From assembly GCA_965237805.1 (NCBI GenBank), contig OZ250153.1, positions 1,504,001-1,568,000 on the forward strand: a DNA stretch of 64,000 bases. Reading direction: 5' to 3'. This stretch comes from Gammaproteobacteria bacterium (GTDB lineage: Bacteria; Pseudomonadota; Gammaproteobacteria; JABABF01). Each line of letters opens with the position of its first letter. Within the stretch, counting starts at the first letter, position 1. The translations under genes were made by a program, and so were the position numbers. Below the pieces are notes generated by a model. It was not told the origin of the DNA and ran no database searches. It saw only the letters and a list, made by a program, of their open reading frames with translations. This document shows positions 22,252 through 31,833 of the stretch, in pieces.

Positions 22252-23447
22252 GCACACTGGCACCGCCCTACGGCTCTTCGCGGCTGTTGCCGCGACTGGT
22301 CTCCCCCGAGCGTGCGGCACAATTACAGCGCGAGGCGCAGGCGCTGCCCTCGGCTTTGCTACACTCCGCCGCCGCCGCCAATGCCGTCATGCTGGGGGGC
22401 GGGTATTTCACGCCGCTGACGGGCTATATGAACCGCGCCGATGCGCTCGGGGTGGCCGCCGATATGCGCACTGCCGACGGCCTGTTTTGGCCGGTGCCGA
22501 TTTTGAATCGCCTCGCCGAGGAGCCAGCTGTGGAGATCGGCGGGCAGCTCGCGTTGCGTGATCCCAATCTGCCGGGTCAGCCGCTGTTGGCGGTGCAACA
22601 CATTGCGGGGGTGGAGCATCTGTCTGCCGACGATCTCACGGCCTTGACCAGCGGTATTTTTGGCACTGAGGACCCCGCCCACCCGGGGGTTGCCACCTTT
22701 TCCGAACAGGGTAATTGCTTGCTGTCGGGGCCAGTGGAAGTGTTGCACTGCAGCTATTTTGAACGCGATTTTGCCCAGACCTTCCGCACCGCGATGGCGA
22801 TACGCGATGAGATGGAGCGCCGCGGTTGGAGCCGTGTGGTCGCCTTTCAGACCCGCAACCCGATGCACCGCGCCCACGAGGAGTTGTGCAAAATGGCCAG
22901 CAAAGCGGTGGCGGCAGACGGCATTTTGATCCATATGTTGCTGGGTCAGCTGAAGCCGGGCGACATTCCTGCCGATGTGCGCGATGCAGCCATTCGCAAG
23001 ATGGTCGAGCTCTATTTTCCAGAGAACAGCGTGTTGATCAGCGGCTACGGCTTTGACATGCTTTACGCTGGCCCGCGCGAGGCCTTGCTGCACGCCATCT
23101 TTCGTCAGAATTGTGGCTGCTCGCATCTGGTGGTCGGCCGCGACCATGCTGGGGTCGGCGACTACTACGGTGCCTTCGATGCCCAGGCGATCTTCGAGCA
23201 AGTGCCCGCCGACACGCTGTCGTTGCAACCCTTCCTCGCCGATCACACGGCCTGGTCCAAGCGCTTGGGGCGGGTGGTGATGATGCGTGATGTGCCCGAC
23301 CACAAGCCCGAGGATTTCGTGTTGCTGTCGGGCACCAAGGTGCGCGAGATGTTGGCCGCGGGCGCGTCCCTGCCGCCAGAATTTGCCCGCCCAGAAGTGG
23401 CGCAGATACTGATGAAGTATTATCAGCATCAGTCGGTCTCCAGCTGA
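22248..23447 (+). CDS. sat: Sulfate adenylyltransferase (Sat type)
   Basis: AFQTRNPMHRAHE, MLYAGPREA, GRDHAGVGDYY, LSGTKVR. Confidence 0.96.
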   Translation: MSTLAPPYGSSRLLPRLVSPERAAQLQREAQALPSALLHSAAAANAVMLGGGYFTPLTGYMNRADALGVAADMRTADGLFWPVPILNRLAEEPAVEIGGQLALRDPNLPGQPLLAVQHIAGVEHLSADDLTALTSGIFGTEDPAHPGVATFSEQGNCLLSGPVEVLHCSYFERDFAQTFRTAMAIRDEMERRGWSRVVAFQTRNPMHRAHEELCKMASKAVAADGILIHMLLGQLKPGDIPADVRDAAIRKMVELYFPENSVLISGYGFDMLYAGPREALLHAIFRQNCGCSHLVVGRDHAGVGDYYGAFDAQAIFEQVPADTLSLQPFLADHTAWSKRLGRVVMMRDVPDHKPEDFVLLSGTKVREMLAAGASLPPEFARPEVAQILMKYYQHQSVSS

Positions 23448-23522
23448 GCGCAGGGGATCATCCGAGCTGGGTACGCCCCCCGCTGTGCTCGGCGATCACC
23501 CGCTTAGGCAAGAGGGAGCAGC

Positions 23523-24314
23523 ATGTTGCTAACAGACAAAATCGTGGTGGTTTCTGGCATCGGTCCGGGTCTCGGGATCGAGCTGGCGCTGGCCGCTGCC
23601 ACCGAGGGTGCTGAGGGGGTGGTCGTAGCGGCGCGCACGGCTGCCAAACTGGACGATGCCGAGCAGCGCATCGCGGCACTGGACACCGGCACGGCGGTGC
23701 TGAAGGTGCCGACTGATATCGCCGATATGGTGCAGTGCCAGCGCTTGGTCGAGCAGTCCTTGGAGCGCTTCGGGCGCATCGATTCGCTGATCAACAGCGC
23801 CTACAACCCCGGCACATTCACGACCGTGCTCAATGCCGATGTCGAGGAGTGGCGCCGCATCATGGATGTCAATCTATTCGGCACTTTGAATATGTGTCGG
23901 GCGGTGGTGCCGGGCATGCAGGAGCGAGGTGGTGGCACCATCGTCATGATCAACACCTTGGTCACGCGCAAGCCCTTGGCCACCCAAGGTGGCTACGCCG
24001 CCTCCAAAGCGGCGCTGACAGCGGCCAGCGCGCATCTGGCGTTGGAGTTGGGCTCGCATAGCATCCGCGTCAACGCCGCCCATATGGGCTGGATGTGGGG
24101 GCCGCCGGTCGAGGGCTATCTGCGCGCTGCGGCTAAAGAGCACGGTGTGCCGCTGGAGCAGATACGGGGCGAGATCGAGAAAAACATTCCGCTGGGCAGA
24201 ATCCCCGACGATGCCGATTGCGCCAAGGTGGCCATCTTTCTCGCCTCCGATCAATCGATAGCGATGACCGGCGCTTGTGTCGATGTCAACGGTGGCGAGT
24301 ACATGCCGAATTGA
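23523..24314 (+). CDS. Short-chain dehydrogenase/reductase
   Basis: SGIGPGLG, NSA, YAASK catalytic motif, GWMWGP, DVNGG. Confidence 0.88.
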   Translation: MLLTDKIVVVSGIGPGLGIELALAAATEGAEGVVVAARTAAKLDDAEQRIAALDTGTAVLKVPTDIADMVQCQRLVEQSLERFGRIDSLINSAYNPGTFTTVLNADVEEWRRIMDVNLFGTLNMCRAVVPGMQERGGGTIVMINTLVTRKPLATQGGYAASKAALTAASAHLALELGSHSIRVNAAHMGWMWGPPVEGYLRAAAKEHGVPLEQIRGEIEKNIPLGRIPDDADCAKVAIFLASDQSIAMTGACVDVNGGEYMPN

Positions 24315-24338
24315 TGGCCGCTACCGGTGCGGCGGCGC

Positions 24339-24752
24339 TCAGCCGGGCACCGCGCCCCAAGGCAGGTAGCGGTTGTCGCTCTGGCTGCGGATCCAAGTCG
24401 TGAGTTCACGATCCAGCGGTGCGCTACGGCGGCGTAGCGTGCGCGCAAGCGCGATGACCGGCGAGTGCGCATCGGCGCGCCAGCCGGGCAGGCGCATCTC
24501 GGCGACGGTGAAAAAGCGGATCAAATCCCGCAGTTCGTCGTCAGTGAAATGCTCGGCCACCGCATCCCATACCCCGTTTTCGTCGCGCTGCATCAGCACT
24601 GCGTGGCGTTGCTGCTCTGTGGGCGACAGAGCGCTCTCCAGTGTATCCAAGCCCCCGCTTTGGCACAGCGCGATGGCGCGCCGCAGGAAATCCATATCCG
24701 GCGCCGAGGCGGCTGGTGGTGCGTCGGGATCCCAAGTGCCAACTTTCGTCAT
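24339..24752 (-). CDS. Conserved hypothetical protein
   Basis: GTWDP, LIRFFTVAEM.LPGW...SPVI, WIR..SDNRYLPWG look like a conserved gammaproteobacterial family; RBS-like GGAG upstream. Confidence 0.65.
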   Translation of the reverse strand: MTKVGTWDPDAPPAASAPDMDFLRRAIALCQSGGLDTLESALSPTEQQRHAVLMQRDENGVWDAVAEHFTDDELRDLIRFFTVAEMRLPGWRADAHSPVIALARTLRRRSAPLDRELTTWIRSQSDNRYLPWGAVPG

Positions 24753-24790
24753 CGCTCCGTGTCCTGAGGCGGGCTGCAGCTGAGCGCGCC

Positions 24791-25741
24791 ATGTCGTCCA
24801 TCAATCATCACATCGCCACCGCTTCGACCTGCCGCCGCTCAGCGCACAGTGCACAGTCACCCGCTGCTGTCATTGTAGTGTCTCCTCGCCGCACCGGCGT
24901 GCCCCCCACACCACTCGTTATACGCTGCTTGGCGGCGGTTTGCCTGTGGGCTTGGGTGCCGCAGGTGGCGGCACAGGATATCGCGCCGCTGCAGCTGTGG
25001 GGCGATCTGAGTCAGGGGGGCTTGATGGTGGGGCGCGCCACTTCCGGTACTGAGTTGCGCCTTGGCAATCGTCGCCTGCGGCTTTCAGAGCGCGGTCTGT
25101 TCACTTTCGGTTTTGGCCGCGACGCGCTGCCCTCGGCTCTGCTCGAATGGCGTTTGCCCAGCGGGGTGTCGGGTAGCCGCCAGCTGGCGGTCGCAGCCAA
25201 AACATTTCCTTCACAGAGCATCACCGGCGTGCCGCAACACACGGTGACGCCGTCCACCGCAGCGCTGGCGCGGATCCGTGCGGAGTCGACCGAGCTGCGT
25301 CGGGCACGCAGTCCGGACAGCGCTGCCGACGATTTTTTCCAGGGCTTCGTCTGGCCGCTGATCGGGCCGATCACGGGGGTCTACGGCAGCCGCCGCGTAT
25401 ACAACGGTGTGCCGGGCCGCCCGCACTACGGGGTCGACATTGCCGCCCCTATCGGTACGCCAGTGCATGCTCCGGCGGCGGGTATCGTGCGCCTCGCCCA
25501 CCCCGATATGTACTACTCTGGCGGCACCGTGATCCTCGATCATGGTCATGGTGTCACATCCTCATTTTTGCATTTGAGTAAAATCCTGGTACAGCGAGGG
25601 CAGCACTTGCGTCGCGGCGAGTTACTGGCGGAAGTCGGGGCCGGGGGGCGCGCCACCGGGGCACACTTGGATTGGCGCATCAACTGGTTTGGCAAGCGTC
25701 TCGATCCGGCGCGTTTGGCTGGTCCCATGCCACACGAATGA
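24791..25741 (+). CDS. M23 family peptidase
   Basis: HYGVD (HxxxD), DHGHG, FLHL, GRATGAHLDW; start uncertain. Confidence 0.85.
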   Translation: MSSINHHIATASTCRRSAHSAQSPAAVIVVSPRRTGVPPTPLVIRCLAAVCLWAWVPQVAAQDIAPLQLWGDLSQGGLMVGRATSGTELRLGNRRLRLSERGLFTFGFGRDALPSALLEWRLPSGVSGSRQLAVAAKTFPSQSITGVPQHTVTPSTAALARIRAESTELRRARSPDSAADDFFQGFVWPLIGPITGVYGSRRVYNGVPGRPHYGVDIAAPIGTPVHAPAAGIVRLAHPDMYYSGGTVILDHGHGVTSSFLHLSKILVQRGQHLRRGELLAEVGAGGRATGAHLDWRINWFGKRLDPARLAGPMPHE

Positions 25742-26389
<648 letters not shown>

Positions 26390-26397
26390 TCTCGGCT

Positions 26398-29300
26398 GTG
26401 GATACCGCCGCCCTGCGCCGGGCTTTTCTGGATTTTTTCGAAGCCCACGGGCACCGCCGTGTGGACAGTGCTGCGCTGGTGCCGCAGCGCGACCCCTCGC
26501 TGCTGTTCACCAACTCTGGCATGGTGCAATTCAAGGACTATTTTTTAGGGCGCGCCGCGCCGCCCGCCCCCTGCCTAGTCACTGCCCAGCGCTGCCTGCG
26601 CGCTGGTGGCAAGCACAACGATCTCGACAATGTCGGCTATACCAGCCGCCACCACACCTTCTTCGAGATGCTCGGCAATTTCTCTTTTGGCGACTACTTC
26701 AAGCAGCGCGCCATCGAGTTGGCATGGCAGTTCCTGACCGATGCAGACAAGGGTTTGGGCTTGGATCGCCGCCATCTTTGGGTGACGGTCTACGGCGGCG
26801 GGCACCCCTTTGCCATTGACCCTGAGCGGGAAGAGTTTAGAGGGGATGAAATTAAACCAGATGAAGAGGCGCAGTCGATCTGGCTACAGCTGTTGCAGGA
26901 CGCGGGCTTCAGTGAGGCAGAGGCCGAGCGGCGCGTGGTCCCGGTGCCCAGCAACGACAATTTCTGGATGATGGGAGACACCGGTCCCTGCGGGCCGTGC
27001 AGCGAGATCTTCTACGATCGCGATGCCGAGACCAGCGCCTTTCGCGGCAGGGAGGAAGCCCATGCCGACGACTGCGTCGAGCTGTGGAACTTGGTTTTCA
27101 TGCAGTATCAGCGCGATGACAGCCGTGCGGTGGGAGCTCTACCGCAGCCCTGCGTGGATACCGGCATGGGTTTGGAGCGCATCGCCGCTGTCACTCAAGG
27201 GGTGGCCGGTAACTACGATATCGACCTGTTCAGCTCTCTGATGGCAGCGGTCGATGAGGTGGTGGTGGCGGCTGGTGGCGAGCGCGCCGAGGGCAGCTTC
27301 GGTGCCGCCCACCGGGTCGTCGCCGACCACCTGCGCGCGGCGGTGGGGCTGGTCGGCGACGGGGTGTTGCCGGACAACAGCGGCCGCGGCTATGTGTTGC
27401 GTCGCATCCTGCGCCGCGCTGTGCGCCATGCCCACCAGCTGGGGGCGAGCGAGCCGGTACTGGCGGACTTGGTGCCAGCAGCGCTGCACGAGATGACTCC
27501 GGCTTGGCCGGAGTTGACCGCGCGTGCCGGGGCGATCGCAGCTGTGCTGCGCCGTGAGGAGCAGCTTTTCGCACGTACGCTGGAGCAGGGGCTGGCAGTT
27601 TTTGAAGAGCAGGTGGTCGGGCTACGACACGGCGACGAGTTGACGGGAGAGAAGATTTTCTTTCTCCACGACACCTTTGGTTTCCCGCGGGAGCTGACAC
27701 GGGATCTGGCTGCCGAGCGTGGGCTGCGCTTTGATGAGAAGGGTTTTGATCTGGCGCTGATCAATCAGCGCCGTCACTCCGCTGGTCGCCCTCCGCTAGA
27801 TCGGCATGGTGGCGTCGGCGAAAGCCTGTTGCAAGAGGGCGGACACCGGGTGGGAGCAAGCCCCCCTGAGGTCCCTATCCCGCCATTGTTAATCCCAGCT
27901 CAAGGGCTGCCATTTTGCGGCGATACGGTCGATCTGACTCATGGTGAACAACAACAGCAGTTTGGTCTTTTGCTTTTCATCCCTGATGAACCCTCGGAGT
28001 TTTCCCCTGACGTCATGGGATTCGATCCGGATCTGCTGGCGCGCGATCGGCACGTGCAGCTGAGCGGTGACGAATCTTGTTGGTTGCTACTGGATCGCAA
28101 TCGTTTCTATGCCGAGGGGGGCGGGCAGGTCGGTGACACTGGGCGGCTACAGCTGGTAGGCAATAATGATGGGCAAGACACCGGAGGGGCACGTTTGGCG
28201 GTATTGGATACGCAGAAGTTAGAGATGTGGCCTGACGACCATGCCCGGAATGATGAGGGGAGCTTGCTATGCACCTTTCTCAAGGTGCGACCTGTTGATG
28301 GCGGCACTGTCCAGCTGAAGAAGGATGACAAATTCCGCTTCATCTTAGACCTTGATCGCCGCCGTGCCATCACCGCCAATCACTCCGCCACCCACCTGCT
28401 ACACGCTGCCCTGCGGCGCGTGCTCGGCGAGCATGTGCGCCAGCGCGGCTCGCTGGTCAACGCTCAGATGACGCGCTTCGACTTCTCCCATCCGGAGCCG
28501 CTGTCCGAGTCGCAGTGGACCGCGATCGAGCGCTTGGTGCGGGAGCAGATTGACAAAAAACTGCCGGTTGAGATTGCGCAGCTGTCGCGGGAGGAGGCCG
28601 ACCGAGCTGGCGCGATGGCGCTGTTCGGTGAGCAGTACGGCAAGCAGGTGCGCGTGCTCAGCATGGGTGCTGAGGATGACAGCGGACGCCCCTTCTCGGT
28701 AGAACTCTGCGGTGGCACCCATGTGCGGAACACCGGCGACATCGAGGATTTCTGCCTGATCTCAGAGAGCGGCGTCGCCGCCGGGGTGCGCCGCGTCGTC
28801 GGCAAAGGCGGCGCGGCGGCGGCGGCACATCGCCGCGAGAGCGGCGAGCTGCTACAGCGGCTCGCCGACTGTTTGCGGGTCGCCGCAGCTGCCGACGCTC
28901 CCCCCATCGCTGTGCTCGAATCCCAGCTCGCCGCCCTGCAGGCTGATCTGCGTGCCTTGGAGCGTCACTGTGAGCTGTTGCGCGCCCGTCTGGCGCAGGG
29001 CGGCGGCGAGGCCCCGCCGCCGCCCGCCGCCAGCGCAGTGCCGCCGCCGGCAGCTGTGCTGGACGATGACGACGAGTCGGCGCTGCTGCGCCGCTTGGGC
29101 CGCGCACTCAAGGCTCCGCGCGAGGGCTTGCCGGCCAAGCTGGAGCAGTTGACGGAGCGCCGTCTCGCCCTGCGTGCCGAGGCCGCCACGCTGCGTGAGC
29201 GTTTGGCGCAGAGTGGCGGGGATGGCGCGGATGCCGTCGTGTGCGTTGCCAACACCGCCGTGTTGGCGCTTCGCGTCGAGGCCAGCGACGCCCGCGCTCT

Positions 29301-29589
29301 GCGCGAGGCGGTGGATCACTACCGCGATCGCACCGGCGGCGTGGTCTTCTTGGCCGCCGAGCGCGATGGCCGCTTGTTGTTGGCGGCCGGTGTCGCCAAG
29401 CCCTTGCTCTCGCGGCTGTCGGCCGGCGAGCTGCTGCGCGAATTTGCCGGACGCCTCGGCGGCAAGGGCGGTGGCCGCGCCGATTTCGCTCAAGGTGGCG
29501 GCAGTGATTTGGCGGCCTTGCCAGCGACCTTGGCCGCGGTGCCGTCTTGGGTTGAACAGCGCCTGCTGGCCGATCCCGGAACAACCTGA
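26398..29589 (+). CDS. alaS: Alanine--tRNA ligase with insertions (about 1063 aa)
   Basis: LLFTNSGMVQFK, HHTFFEMLGNFSFGDYFK, DTGMGLER, NHSATHLLH, ELCGGTH, GGKGGG; GTG start inferred. Confidence 0.96.
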   Translation: MDTAALRRAFLDFFEAHGHRRVDSAALVPQRDPSLLFTNSGMVQFKDYFLGRAAPPAPCLVTAQRCLRAGGKHNDLDNVGYTSRHHTFFEMLGNFSFGDYFKQRAIELAWQFLTDADKGLGLDRRHLWVTVYGGGHPFAIDPEREEFRGDEIKPDEEAQSIWLQLLQDAGFSEAEAERRVVPVPSNDNFWMMGDTGPCGPCSEIFYDRDAETSAFRGREEAHADDCVELWNLVFMQYQRDDSRAVGALPQPCVDTGMGLERIAAVTQGVAGNYDIDLFSSLMAAVDEVVVAAGGERAEGSFGAAHRVVADHLRAAVGLVGDGVLPDNSGRGYVLRRILRRAVRHAHQLGASEPVLADLVPAALHEMTPAWPELTARAGAIAAVLRREEQLFARTLEQGLAVFEEQVVGLRHGDELTGEKIFFLHDTFGFPRELTRDLAAERGLRFDEKGFDLALINQRRHSAGRPPLDRHGGVGESLLQEGGHRVGASPPEVPIPPLLIPAQGLPFCGDTVDLTHGEQQQQFGLLLFIPDEPSEFSPDVMGFDPDLLARDRHVQLSGDESCWLLLDRNRFYAEGGGQVGDTGRLQLVGNNDGQDTGGARLAVLDTQKLEMWPDDHARNDEGSLLCTFLKVRPVDGGTVQLKKDDKFRFILDLDRRRAITANHSATHLLHAALRRVLGEHVRQRGSLVNAQMTRFDFSHPEPLSESQWTAIERLVREQIDKKLPVEIAQLSREEADRAGAMALFGEQYGKQVRVLSMGAEDDSGRPFSVELCGGTHVRNTGDIEDFCLISESGVAAGVRRVVGKGGAAAAAHRRESGELLQRLADCLRVAAAADAPPIAVLESQLAALQADLRALERHCELLRARLAQGGGEAPPPPAASAVPPPAAVLDDDDESALLRRLGRALKAPREGLPAKLEQLTERRLALRAEAATLRERLAQSGGDGADAVVCVANTAVLALRVEASDARALREAVDHYRDRTGGVVFLAAERDGRLLLAAGVAKPLLSRLSAGELLREFAGRLGGKGGGRADFAQGGGSDLAALPATLAAVPSWVEQRLLADPGTT

Positions 29590-29608
29590 GGAGTTCCCGC
29601 AGCAGAAG

Positions 29609-30142
29609 ATGCGCTATATCCTAGACGATAAGAGCCCGCAGCTGCGCGGTGAGGGTCACTTCATCGCCCCGGGTGCTGTGCTCATCGGCAATGTGCTGCT
29701 CGAGGCGAATACCAGTATCTGGTTCAATGCCGTGCTGCGCGGCGACAACGAGCTGATCCACATCGGCGCGGGTAGCAATGTGCAGGACTTCGTCATGTTG
29801 CACACCGATCCAGGCTTCCCGCTCAGCATCGGTGCCGATGTCACCATCGGCCATCATGCTGTCGTTCACGGTGCGGTGATCGGCGACGGTAGCCTGATAG
29901 GCATCAACGCCGTGGTCTTGAACGGCGCACGCATCGGCAAGTGCTGCCTGATCGCCGCCAACGCATTGGTGACAGAGGGCATGGAAGTGCCTGCAGGAAG
30001 CCTGTTGATGGGCTCGCCAGCACGGGTGCAGCGCCAGCTTTCGACCGCTGAGCGCACCGCCTTGATCGAAGGCGCACGCCACTATGTGCAAAATGGAGCA
30101 CGTTGCAACGCCGCGTTGCGTCCACTGACAGCGGGGACTTAG
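29609..30142 (+). CDS. Gamma carbonic anhydrase family (YrdA-like)
   Basis: IWFNAVLRGD, SNVQD..LH, TIGH..VHG hexapeptide repeats. Confidence 0.9.
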   Translation: MRYILDDKSPQLRGEGHFIAPGAVLIGNVLLEANTSIWFNAVLRGDNELIHIGAGSNVQDFVMLHTDPGFPLSIGADVTIGHHAVVHGAVIGDGSLIGINAVVLNGARIGKCCLIAANALVTEGMEVPAGSLLMGSPARVQRQLSTAERTALIEGARHYVQNGARCNAALRPLTAGT

Positions 30143-30210
30143 CGCCTGAGCTAGTGCGCTGTCCACACCCTTTGCCCAACAGCCATCCAGCACCGACAGG
30201 AAGGAGCACG

Positions 30211-31833
30211 ATGAGCACTTTTAATTTGGCAGATCTATTTGAGCTGGCGGTGGACCATATGGGTGATCGCGAGCTCTTGATCTGTGATGATCAGCGCTGC
30301 GACTACCGGCAGATGGAGGAGCGCGCCAATCGCCTCGCCCACAGTTTGGCCGCTCGCGGTATCGGTCCCGGCGACCATGTCGGCATCTATGCGATGAACT
30401 GCTTGGAGTGGGTCGAGATCCTGTGGGCGGTGTTCAAGCTGGGCGGGGTGTGGATCAACATTAACTACCGCTATGTGGAGCGCGAGCTGAGCTATCTGAT
30501 GGGCAACGCCGACCTCAAGGCGATTTTCTGCCAGCGCCGCTTTCTGCCTCGCCTCGCCGCCGTGCGTGCTGGCCTGCCGAGCCTGCGTGAGGTGTACTGC
30601 TTGGAAGACGGCAGTGAGGCCGAGCTCTTGGTGGTCGATGCCGACTACGAGGAGATGATGGCCGCTGGCTCGCCAGAGCGCGATTTCGCGCCGCGCACGG
30701 CGGACGCGCTCTACATGCTTTACACCGGTGGCACCACCGGCATGCCCAAGGGCGTGGTGTGGCGCCACGGCGATGTACTGTTCGCCCTTGGTGGTGGGGT
30801 CGATGCCGTCACTGGTGAACGCGCCAAGGAGCCGATGGATTTGGTGCGGCGCGGCATGGAGAGTGACTCGATGACGATGCTCTCGCTAGCACCGCTGATG
30901 CACGGTGCCTGTCAGTGGGCGGTGATGGGTGGCGCTTTCGGTGGCCGCCGCATGGTGCTGATGGAGCGCTTCGAGGCCGAGCGGGCTTGGCGCTTAGTCG
31001 AGCGCGAGCGCATTGAGGGCATGATGCTGACTGGCGATGCGATGGCGCGGCCGATGATCGAAAAGCTCGCCGAGTTGGGCGCTACCATCGATGTCTCTTC
31101 GCTGGCGTTGGTGACCAGTACAGCGGCGCTGTTCTCGCCCGCAGTCAAAGACGAGTTCTTCAGCCGCTTCCCGTCGCTGCTCATGCTGGATGGCGTCGGC
31201 TCTTCGGAGAGCGGTAGCCACGGCATGTCGGTGATCCAGTCGGGTGCCACCGCCATGCGCGGCGGCCCGACTATCACCCCGGTGTCTGGCTGCAGCGTAC
31301 TGGACGATGAGCTGCGTGTGGTCGCACCGGGCTCGGACACGGTCGGTCACTTGGCGACCACAGGTGATCTGCCGCTGTGTTACTACAAGGATGAGAAAAA
31401 GAGCGCCGAGACCTTTGTCATCGGTGCCGACGGGCGGCGCTATTCGCTTTCTGGCGACATGGCGATGGTCGAGGCAGATGGTCGCATTACGATTTTGGGG
31501 CGCGGCTCAGTGTGCATCAATTCCGGTGGCATGAAGGTTTTTCCAGAGGAGGTGGAGCAGGTGCTCAAATCGCATCCGGATGTGCTCGACGCCGTCGTCA
31601 CCGCCGCTCCCCACGAGCGTTGGCACGAGTGTGTTGCGGCGGTGGTGGAGCCGCGCGCGGGCACGAGCCCGACATTGGAGGAGTTGCAAGAACACAGCCG
31701 CACCGAGCTGGCCAGTTTCAAATTGCCGCGCCGTCTGCACTTGGTCGAGCGTATGCAGCGCTCGCCCAGCGGCAAGGCCGACTACGCTTGGGCTAAATCC
31801 CTTTTTGCAGAGTTGGGGAGCGCCTCCGCCTGA
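30211..31833 (+). CDS. Acyl-CoA synthetase, FadD19-like
   Basis: FNLADLFE, NINYRYVE.EL, YTGGTTGMPKGVVWRH, GRGSVCINSGG, RSPSGKADY; AAGGAG RBS. Confidence 0.85.
   Translation: MSTFNLADLFELAVDHMGDRELLICDDQRCDYRQMEERANRLAHSLAARGIGPGDHVGIYAMNCLEWVEILWAVFKLGGVWININYRYVERELSYLMGNADLKAIFCQRRFLPRLAAVRAGLPSLREVYCLEDGSEAELLVVDADYEEMMAAGSPERDFAPRTADALYMLYTGGTTGMPKGVVWRHGDVLFALGGGVDAVTGERAKEPMDLVRRGMESDSMTMLSLAPLMHGACQWAVMGGAFGGRRMVLMERFEAERAWRLVERERIEGMMLTGDAMARPMIEKLAELGATIDVSSLALVTSTAALFSPAVKDEFFSRFPSLLMLDGVGSSESGSHGMSVIQSGATAMRGGPTITPVSGCSVLDDELRVVAPGSDTVGHLATTGDLPLCYYKDEKKSAETFVIGADGRRYSLSGDMAMVEADGRITILGRGSVCINSGGMKVFPEEVEQVLKSHPDVLDAVVTAAPHERWHECVAAVVEPRAGTSPTLEELQEHSRTELASFKLPRRLHLVERMQRSPSGKADYAWAKSLFAELGSASA

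Noticed and set aside
25640-25690. M23 peptidase inactivated because HLH reads HLD
   Set aside because: From recall, the HLDWR variant is common in this proteobacterial M23 subfamily, so it is not evidence of novelty.
27640-28350. Intein in alaS
   Set aside because: No Cys/Ser start with His-Asn end and no LAGLIDADG motif; the segment contains the native FYAEGGGQVGDTG motif.
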